From positions 496,001-560,000 of the forward strand of contig CP145417.1 of NCBI GenBank assembly GCA_036867785.1: a stretch of 64,000 nt of DNA, in the 5' to 3' direction. This stretch comes from Plasmodiophora brassicae (lineage: Eukaryota). The translations under genes were made by a program, and so were the position numbers. Below are positions 24,601 to 32,900 of the stretch, piece by piece (the stretch's first letter is position 1; every line of letters starts with the position of its first letter). Below the pieces are notes generated by a model that worked only from the letters and a program-made list of their open reading frames with translations, had not been told where the DNA came from and ran no database searches.

Positions 24601-27600
24601 GCACATCTACGCGGGCGGGAAATCAACGTATGTCGCGAAGACCTATCTGATGACATTGTCCTTTTAGGAGCCCCGGAACTGGACGCGTTGGGTATCAATC
24701 CAGCTACACAACTGAAGGAGATGTTAATCGAGGCAAATGGTCCTATCATCATCGAAGCGGATCCGACCCCGGAACGTCACGCCCCAGGTGGTCAAGGGAT
24801 CACGATGAGAGCGGTAAGACACCCGGAGGTAAGTGGAACAACTCGCGATCATGAGCCCCAATTGGACACCAATGATCCGGGTGACGACTATGATGTCGAA
24901 ATCGGAGAACACTCCGATACAGACGTGGACAGGGCAATAGACCGGATGATACAACGTGCAACTGACTCCGGTTTCCCTAACGATCAAGTCCCGCGTCTAC
25001 GCACAACTGTCAATCGACACAAAGACATATGGCGAACGAAGCTTGGCCGTGATCCACCTGCGAAAGTAAGTCCACTGAAACTACACTTCAAAGCAGATGC
25101 TCGTCCTGTTCGTTGCCGAACACGAAGGTATACCCTCGAACATCAAAAATTCATGGATGATCACGTAGGAACCTTGGCGGAAAACGATTTTGTGTACCGC
25201 AATCCGCACAGCAGGTACGCGTCGCCGTGTCTGGTCGTCGACAAGAAGGACACGGAGGTTCGCGGCCATCGGCTGACCGTCGACATCAATGAAGCCGTCA
25301 ACAAACAGACCGAACGCATTGCATGGCCGATGCCTCACATCGACATCATCCTGACCTACCTACGTTCCGCGACCATCTTCATGCTGTTCGATGCCTTTAA
25401 AGGCTATTGGCAATTTCCGTTGCACCCTGATTCGCAGGAGGCCTGCTCGTTCATGACGCACATCGCCACGTTTACACCCAGGCGCATCATCCAGGGAATC
25501 GCTGATTGCGTGTTTGCGTTCCAGGCGGGAATGCAACAGGTGTTGGGGAAACTTCTATATATCTGCGCCCTACTCTGGATCGACGATATCCTCGGCTACG
25601 TATCTGGATTCGGAGCCTACATGGACACACTCGAATCTCTTCTCAACGCTTTCGACGAGTTTGGAGTTAAACTCAACCCTGATCGCTGCCAGTTATATCT
25701 CACTTCAGTGACATGGTGCGGTCGCGTTATATCCGCTGATGGAGTGTCGTTCGATCGCTCGTATCTCAACGCCTTGCACGATCTATCAACTCCTATCACG
25801 GCTGCTGATCTCCAACAGTTCCTCTCGGGCCTCAATTGGGTCCGTTCTGTTATCCCTCAATTCGCGGCACATGTTCATCCGCTACAGGATCTACTTCTGT
25901 CCGCTTCTCGTTCTGTCAGCAGTCTGAAGAAATCACACCTACGTCGAGTTCGTTTAGCCGACATCGGCTGGACCACTGACCATCTCACCAGTTTCAATTC
26001 TCTGAAGCATCGTCTATCGGAGGCCATGACGCTGGCGCACCCCAAGGACGAATGGATCATGTGTCTCTTTCCGGATGCGAGTGACCGTTTCTGGTCTGTT
26101 TTCCTGTCGCAGATCCCTCCGGAAGATATTGATCTCCCGTACGGTGAGCAACACCACGAACCTTTGTCGTTCATCTCGGGGACATTCCGTGGTTCTCAAT
26201 TGAAGTGGGCGACCATTGAGAAGGAGGCCTACGCCATCATTGAAGGCTGCTATCGCCTCAGACACTTCATCTCTATGTCAAAGCTGGCACTTCGAATCTT
26301 CACAGACCACCGTAATTTGGTTTTCATTCTGAACCCAGCCTCGGTTGCACGAATTAGTCGGACGACCGGCGATCGCTTGGAGCGCTGGCGACTTCAGATT
26401 ATCGACCTAGATTTTCACATTGAGCACATTGCTGGGGAGGACAACGTTTGGGCCGACCTCGCCACGCGGTGGGGCGTCGCCCTGCAACCACTCTCCTCAT
26501 TTTCCCCTCCATCGTTCCGTTCTATTCGTCATATGGCAATTAATCTTGACTTCGACGATTACAAGATGACCGATGAGTTTATCTGGCCGTCTGTCGACGA
26601 GATTAGTAACGCTCAGACCGACTACATTCGCCAACACGACCTATCTGCCGTTTCCGATATTCTCCAACTCGAAGGGGACATGTCTCTCCACCTTAGCCCG
26701 GAATCTGGCTGGCGTACTCCAGACAATCAACTCTGGGTACCATCACATGCACTGCAGCTACGCATCGCAGTGATTTCACATATGGGACTGTCTGGTCATC
26801 AACCTGCTGCATCGACTATTTCGAGCATCGCACAACTCTTCTGGTGGCCTGATCTGGATTCCTTTGTTCGTGCATTTGTGGACAAATGCTTACACTGCCT
26901 ACGCAACAAAGATTCGATGATTCCCCGACCTTTTGGCACGGCTATGCATGCGGACAAGCCCAATAAGGTCATCCACTATGACTTTCTGTTCTTATCCAAA
27001 CCTCGTCCAGGCGATTCTCATCAACTTCGTTATGTTCTGGTTCTGAAGGACGACGCCACGGCATTCGTCGAGTTAATTCCTTGTCAATTCGCGGATCACA
27101 GCGTTGTCGCCGAATCTCTTCTGGATTGGTTCAAACGTTTCGGCATTGTTTTCCAACATGTCTCTGACCGCGGCACACACTTCAAAAACGCGGTTATCGC
27201 CGAGCTTAATAGCCGGTTACACTGCAACCATCATTTCACAACTGCCTACACACCTTGGGCGAACGGCACGGTTGAGGTTGTCAACAAGCGGCTTCTCTTT
27301 CTGCTGAAGTCCCTCCTCTCCGAGCTAAATCTTCCATTCCAGGATTGGCCGTATGTCCTTCCGCTGATCAACATGACGGTAAATCACACTGTTCGATCAA
27401 GTGTGGGCTACGCGCCTGTCACGATGTTTACGGGTTTGCCACCCTCGACACCTATCTCGATTATCTTCAACAAACGCATCGACGCGGTTATCGACGTACC
27501 GTTGACCCCTGACCGTCTCAAGGAAATGACGACGGAACTTATCGATTCTCTCGAGGACATGCACAAAGCAGTGGCACGTACACGCACCCATCTACGTGAT

Positions 27601-28520
27601 CTCAAGCAACGCGCCCGGCGTCGCCGACGCAATGTTCGCGAGATCAACTTCACGACGGGCGACTATGTTCTCGTGGCCAACCATGGCAAGCACTCCAAGT
27701 CCGAGTACAACTGGACTGGACCTGCCCAGATTATCGACACCATCAACGACTGGGTGTATCGAGTTCGAGATCTCTTGACTGATCGTATCTCAGATGTACA
27801 CGCCCAGCGCTTAATGTTCTATGCAGATGCGCACTTGAATGTCACCTCTTCCCTGAAGCACAACATCGCGCTCACCGGCGTGGCTTACCAAGTCAACGCA
27901 GTCGAGGACATTCGAGTCAACTCTACGTCAGGTGACACTGAACTACTGATCAACTGGATCGGATTCGATGCCACCGACAATTCATGGGAACCTTACTCGG
28001 TCATGGCGGCCGATGTTCCTGATATCGTCAGGGCCTTCCTCGAACGACAAGCCGAAGGAGACCCGCTCTGCTCACGACTGTTAGCAGATTTCTAACACGG
28101 GGAGTGTTCATCCAGAGTACCAGTACTCAGATGATGCTGCTCAGATGCTGCTGCCACCCGGTCACATGATCATGACCGTACTCGACCCCGCAGCGGCCCT
28201 TGCTGTGACGATCCTGTCCAAATACATCAGTTCGTTATATCACCAGGCGCCGACTCTTGCGACCGACCGCCCCCGTAGTGGGCAGCGGCGGCGTTAGCAC
28301 ACCAACAGAGACGTCGCGCGCGAGCCTGGGGATGTTCGCTGACAGGCAACGTGACGGCCATAACTGCGGCGTCTATGTGTTGCATTATTTTCATTCTATG
28401 ATCCACCACAGCGTTTGTAGAGTCGACCCAGAGAACATGCCACTCATTCGTTTGTGGTACCTTCACAAACTATTGGGTCACGAGTTATATTTCCTTTCAG
28501 GAACGTTGCGGAAGATCTAA
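18639..28520 (+). CDS. MULE transposase (FAR1-type Zn ribbon, DDE, SWIM, Zn knuckle) spliced to a Ulp1/C48 peptidase
   Basis: C..HNHP, QLDGGAKMN, IADEA..CTKH, SNQRAEG, CTC..IPC, CRLC..H..C. Introns 21490-21546, 21775-21824 and ~21879-21945 keep frame into WLSDEVMN, FPVN|IDNAHW, YDP, PKT|QRDGHNCG. Confidence 0.75.
22966..28301 (+). mobile_element. Ty3/Gypsy chromodomain LTR retrotransposon 1, intact
   Basis: 197-bp LTRs 22966-23162 and 28105-28301 (TG..CA, identical by eye); 5-bp TSD CCAAC at 22961-22965 and 28302-28306; short purine tract ggggag before the 3' LTR. Confidence 0.95.
23206..28095 (+). CDS. Gag-Pol polyprotein (gag, CCHC, protease, RT, RNase H, integrase, chromodomain)
   Basis: 1629 aa single ORF: CLICKEQHWVQVC, DSGA, FDAFKGYWQ, LWIDD, DAS..EKE..TDH..D, HHCC, D..SDRG..NGTVE, W.GF..NSWEP. 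Confidence 0.95.
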   Translation: MAGGGRRAPVRLQMEDDARTNSDAEAKEHESSTDDEIDRGLQSTNLHGKSPIFMPLKPPILRTLSLTAKDGINDFLKKYRKHVEIVNERRLIYKEDIHPPTVKSCITEDVLRGMSKYRLRQPASTITDGDIMSYLRSVQRREADVESSTDIKALLTKTVVMNLSIKSIEERVTSFFAKFDELIDDYGLQDTYAKGTKGTKRKIKVLRGGIRPTDLAVLVERAIEFGGCRDAEKDELKFFDLVDRLAKEQDKHFRLQAEKKKSPAQTMSPPAGKKGKDVVAPNRNGGKHPTNPIGLKTAQSSTSQTKDESRDIPEHIRKRFEGKDPPKAGCLICKEQHWVQVCPKATQGERKAAIEKFQKERKEKEESKGNADTAKRMGPPSPSTPSPMRLRFQNSLDLPFEADSGATKTVISQSQLLRIQAIQHVPVKVFDHPTEAKLATIGATTTIVATAIVDITIVPPSHGKPAHLRGREINVCREDLSDDIVLLGAPELDALGINPATQLKEMLIEANGPIIIEADPTPERHAPGGQGITMRAVRHPEVSGTTRDHEPQLDTNDPGDDYDVEIGEHSDTDVDRAIDRMIQRATDSGFPNDQVPRLRTTVNRHKDIWRTKLGRDPPAKVSPLKLHFKADARPVRCRTRRYTLEHQKFMDDHVGTLAENDFVYRNPHSRYASPCLVVDKKDTEVRGHRLTVDINEAVNKQTERIAWPMPHIDIILTYLRSATIFMLFDAFKGYWQFPLHPDSQEACSFMTHIATFTPRRIIQGIADCVFAFQAGMQQVLGKLLYICALLWIDDILGYVSGFGAYMDTLESLLNAFDEFGVKLNPDRCQLYLTSVTWCGRVISADGVSFDRSYLNALHDLSTPITAADLQQFLSGLNWVRSVIPQFAAHVHPLQDLLLSASRSVSSLKKSHLRRVRLADIGWTTDHLTSFNSLKHRLSEAMTLAHPKDEWIMCLFPDASDRFWSVFLSQIPPEDIDLPYGEQHHEPLSFISGTFRGSQLKWATIEKEAYAIIEGCYRLRHFISMSKLALRIFTDHRNLVFILNPASVARISRTTGDRLERWRLQIIDLDFHIEHIAGEDNVWADLATRWGVALQPLSSFSPPSFRSIRHMAINLDFDDYKMTDEFIWPSVDEISNAQTDYIRQHDLSAVSDILQLEGDMSLHLSPESGWRTPDNQLWVPSHALQLRIAVISHMGLSGHQPAASTISSIAQLFWWPDLDSFVRAFVDKCLHCLRNKDSMIPRPFGTAMHADKPNKVIHYDFLFLSKPRPGDSHQLRYVLVLKDDATAFVELIPCQFADHSVVAESLLDWFKRFGIVFQHVSDRGTHFKNAVIAELNSRLHCNHHFTTAYTPWANGTVEVVNKRLLFLLKSLLSELNLPFQDWPYVLPLINMTVNHTVRSSVGYAPVTMFTGLPPSTPISIIFNKRIDAVIDVPLTPDRLKEMTTELIDSLEDMHKAVARTRTHLRDLKQRARRRRRNVREINFTTGDYVLVANHGKHSKSEYNWTGPAQIIDTINDWVYRVRDLLTDRISDVHAQRLMFYADAHLNVTSSLKHNIALTGVAYQVNAVEDIRVNSTSGDTELLINWIGFDATDNSWEPYSVMAADVPDIVRAFLERQAEGDPLCSRLLADF

Positions 28521-29952
28521 TACAACCTGGTTCTCTTCTCCACCAATAATGCAATATATGGGATCGCGTTGTGGTATAGAACAGCATCGTGAGGTGACTT
28601 GATGCACGAACTCCGGTTTCCGTGCGCGGTCAACGTCGGTCCAGCGCCCGCGCCTGACCGGTGACGAATGCTGACGAACGTAGGAAGAGACGACCGTGAC
28701 CCGAAAATCGAGCACCCTAAGCGTGATCGGCGGGATACAATCCGACGACCTTAACGCGCATTTGCCGCACACACCGTTCATAGCCATAGAGCAGCAACGT
28801 GAGGCGATCTGTGATGCACGGACACGGCTGGAGGCAAATCCGTGCTCATTGATTAATAGTAGGATTAATTGCGCGGGACGACAAGCGGGATTCGTCCCGC
28901 GGAACGAGAACCTGGTGTCGTCCCGCGGAACGCAAAAAGACGTCCCGCGCCAGATTCGGGTCCGACTTGCAACCGTCCACTGGGAGGCGTCCGCAGGCAC
29001 TAACAACAACGATAGCATGGCCATCGACGCAAACATGCATAGAAGCCGCATAATAAGTGTACCGGTTGGGATCGTCACTACGTGTGTGTACACGAGTGTG
29101 AGGTTGACCCATCACATTTTCTTCCAGGAGCAGTGTATCGTTGACTGTCGTTGCTCGGGGCGTGGCATAGCTAGTACAGGTTGACTTCGTGGTCGGCTGC
29201 GTTGTCAACGGCAAACGAAGTCTCGACAGTGCTTCACCCGGAAATCATATCGGACATCCCGCATCCTCTTGTCGGATCATGGCGACCGAGCCGTCACGCC
29301 CCGGGCGCTCCCGACACCAAAGCAGTGATCTCTTATACTAAAACGGTAAAGCGTGTGCCCATACAAATCCTACGTGTCAGCGGGTGGGCAAACATCTACC
29401 TATTCTGGGTGACAAACCATGCATGCCATAATGACAAACATTTGCCATGGTAAAGGTGTGTGAAGAACTACCTGACAACGCTGGTGCACGACAGTGTGCG
29501 ATGGCTACCGATCACTCGGTGTATCGGATAGACATGAGAATGCTGACTGAGGACCAGGGCGTGGCTAGTGAAGGCCTTGATCTCGTAACGTGGCTTGGTG
29601 CCGGAAGGTGGCCCGGTGCCGGAAGGTGAGTGTCGTGAGTCATGGTGGTGGAGATGACTCATGACAGCCTGAACCGATTGCGTCACAGTCCATCACACTG
29701 CAAGCGGTTCGCACGCTCAACAGATCACCCATGGCCCATGGGCGTTGATGACGGACCTGCCGAAGACTACGTTGGATGTATGGTCGAACGATGTACTCAT
29801 TGTCAGGCGCGAAAGTTTCCAATGAGAGTATCACTTGCTGTGGCCGTTACCGGCACATCACTTTGCCACCGTTGCCGACATTCCTGACGACCTACAGCAA
29901 TTATTCGTACGACACAACCTGACTTCCTATAACCGTGAGCTTGCGTTGCTAT

Positions 29953-32900
29953 TGTGACGTCCCAACGGTGATGGTATATCAGCCGTGTAGTATAATCGTC
30001 TGTGTCCCCGACCTGCAGCTCCCACGGACGCCGTGCGGACTCCGTGCGCACTCCGTGCATGTCCGTCATTCTTAGGGCGGCCTAGCCGGATCACAGCTAT
30101 TCTTGTCTTATAGCTTGGAGCCGGCACATTCCCCTCCTTCAAAGAAATGCTCCTCCTTGCAGGTGTCTTCAGTGGTGGTGTATCCTAATCATGTCTTCTC
30201 CTTAATATAGTCTAATTAACATAATTAAGTCTCAATCTTCGTAGAACACAGTTTTGGCTTCTGTCGTCACATGGCCGTCGGCATTAAAATAACCCAGCGC
30301 GCATCCGGGAAAAAAGCATGACTAGCCTACTGGACTCCTTCCGCCTTAAGTAACTCCTTAACCTCATCAGCAAGGTGATGTTTCTCCTTCCTCATCCTGG
30401 CGGCATGGGCCTTCACCAGCTTCGGTACATCCATCGCCAACCTGCAGATTGGCTCCCATGAATCCTCCGCTTCAGAGAAACCCTTCCATCCGATCAACAA
30501 TTCCAATTCCCCTGTCTCCGGACTGTGCCTGCAGTCCTTGAAGACTTCAATGGCGAAACGCTCATTGTCATAATCCATCTGTCGCTTCAGTTCCTCAGTG
30601 GCATTCACTTTGCCATGTTCATAGAGGCGAACGCGGTCCCCGTGAACGGTTCGAGTGTCCGTCTCATTGAACATATTCCTCACCTCGTAGGTGCAGTTCT
30701 CGTGGCTATCAGTTATTTGATATAGGCCCCGCCACTTCATAAAGAGCTTCTTGCCCGGAACCTTACCCGGTTCAGGCAATCCGATGAGTACATAGTCACC
30801 GATCTGAAAGTTCGGTGCAGTTGCTCGTCGGTACGCGTCGCTCCTCTTCCTGTGTACGGCTCGGATTTTCTTCGATTGCTGCACTGCTCCCTTGTGCATT
30901 TCATTCAGCGACGTCTGCAATTGCATGACTAGCTCCTGAATATGCTCCTTTGAGAGTGTAGCTTCCCCATACTTCTCATCCCCTGGCCTCTTGAACACTT
31001 GCTTCAGCGGGTTGTCTGGTGGACGTCCCATCATCACTGTCACTGGCGCATTCCCGTTGGTACGCGCCTGCGACCTGTGATTGATCGTGTGTTCAATGTT
31101 GTGGTTCAACCATGGCCAATCGTATTTGTCCCACTGCAATTCAGACAGAAGTGCTCTGACTAGTTGCAAGTAGTTCCTGTTGATCACCTCAATTGATCCA
31201 TTACTGTAATGCCCATAGGCAACAGTCGGGTGATGAGCAAATCCACATCGACGCGCCAGTTCCTTCACAACGTTTGCCAGAAAGCAAGACGCCATGTCTG
31301 ACACCATCAACTCAAACGTTCCGAAGATAGCCCTCCATTCGAGCAGTGCCTCTACAGTGGTTTCCGCATTGGGTGTATGGTCAGGAGTAATCTTGACCAT
31401 GCCAGACAGATCATCCCTGATTATCAGGTTCCATTGCAGATCATGTCTTCCGCCCTTCTGAGCCGCCATCATGTATAGCCAATCCAAGTGAATCACCTGA
31501 TTCGGCCTAACACCATGAACAGCTGTTCCCAATGGCCTGGGAATCCTAACCCCGCCCCTTGTCGGTAGACAGTTCAAACACGCGTTGCAGAACGTCCTCA
31601 TGTCCTCATCGCAGTGTGCCCAATGGCAGAACTCCCCCAACTTCCTCAACGAGGCCTTCAGTCCTAGATGCCCACTGTTTCCGCCCGCATGAGCAATAGC
31701 GCATAGCTGCAGCTTCAGCTCGTTGCATTCGTCTGGTATGATCACCTGTCCCTTCCCTGTGACGAAGAGATCATCACCATTCTTCGGTCGTTTCGTTCCT
31801 CTGAGCCATTTCCTCTGAGCCTTACGGATTTCGTCCACGGTCGGCCATTGGAATTCCTTCCTTTGTAACGGCCGTACCCGATATCCGTCCTCAATTTGAA
31901 GCGTTATCCTCCTGATCGTGCGTACCTCTAGGTGCTGGTCATCAGGCCCACCGTCCGGTGCACCCCACCGCGTCATAAGATCCGACCACACATTGTCCTC
32001 CCCCGCAATGTGTTCAATGACGTAGTTGACCCTCTGTATGTCCAGTGCCCATCGTTGCAGTTTCTGCGCCGTTGGCTTTGACACGTCCGTTGGTGAGAAT
32101 ATCCTCACGAGATTCCTATGATCGGTAAACAAACGAAACTGCTCGTTGGTTGTAACGAGATAGTCCAGTTTGTCAATCCCATCCTTGATCGCGAACCCTT
32201 CCTTCTCCACCGTGGACCAGTTCCGCTCTGGGCCCGCGAACTTGTGTCCGACGAAACCCAGCGGTTCATGTCGCTGCCCATGCACTGGTTTACCCAAGTC
32301 CTCAGGCGGAATCTGTGTGACTACCGCCGCGCTGTTAACCTCATTTGCATCTGAGAATAGGCATTGGATCCGGTCCTTTCGCGGGTACGCTAGTTGGACC
32401 GTGTCCGCCACTGCCATCTTCAGTTTCTCGAATGCCAGCGCATGTTCGGGTGACCATCCATATTTGCACAATCGCACCCTCCTGGCAATGGCTTTCGTCC
32501 TGCCAGGTTGGTCCTTCATTGCATCCTCGTATATCCTCTGTAACAGGTGTACCTTCCTGTTGTACTCAGGGATGGACCTACTCATCCACTGAGTTGCCAT
32601 AAGGAATTGTTGCAAGTCCCTTGCCGTTCTCGGCTGTGGTATCGCCATTAAAGCCTCAATCCTAGCAGGATCGTGCCTTACCCCTTCTGGCGTGAATATC
32701 CTTCCACAGAACCGAACCTCTGTTGTGAAGAGCTCACACTTCTCCACGTTGAACTTGATGCTGTGCCGTTCGGCTAGCATCAGAGTCCGTTCCAACGTTC
32801 GGAACCAATCATCCTCCCTTTGGGCATGCCCCATTAGATCATCGATCCATATGATTAGTTTGTGGAACATAAGTTCCCCGAACACCTCAAACATCCTCCC

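Larger units (their letters stand above)
18423..28946 (+). mobile_element. Mutator-like DNA transposon (MULE), ~115 bp TIRs, 9-bp TSD GCGCCAGAT
   Basis: TIRs at about 18423-18537 and 28832-28946 with internal gttccgcgggacga repeats; TSD at 18414-18422 and 28947-28955. Confidence 0.92.
16743..29051 (-). pseudogene. LamG + SUEL lectin type I membrane protein, copy A, split by the MULE insertion
   Basis: Signal peptide and RTRIWR at 29051-28947; AFIAPSPPPYAESPAS onward below 18414. Removing the element and one TSD copy restores the reading seen in paralogs (RTRMWRAFIAP). Ends STVEF* at 16743. Confidence 0.85.

Noticed and set aside
29597-29628. Short direct repeat ggtgccggaaggtg x2
   Set aside because: Two copies only; simple slippage duplication.
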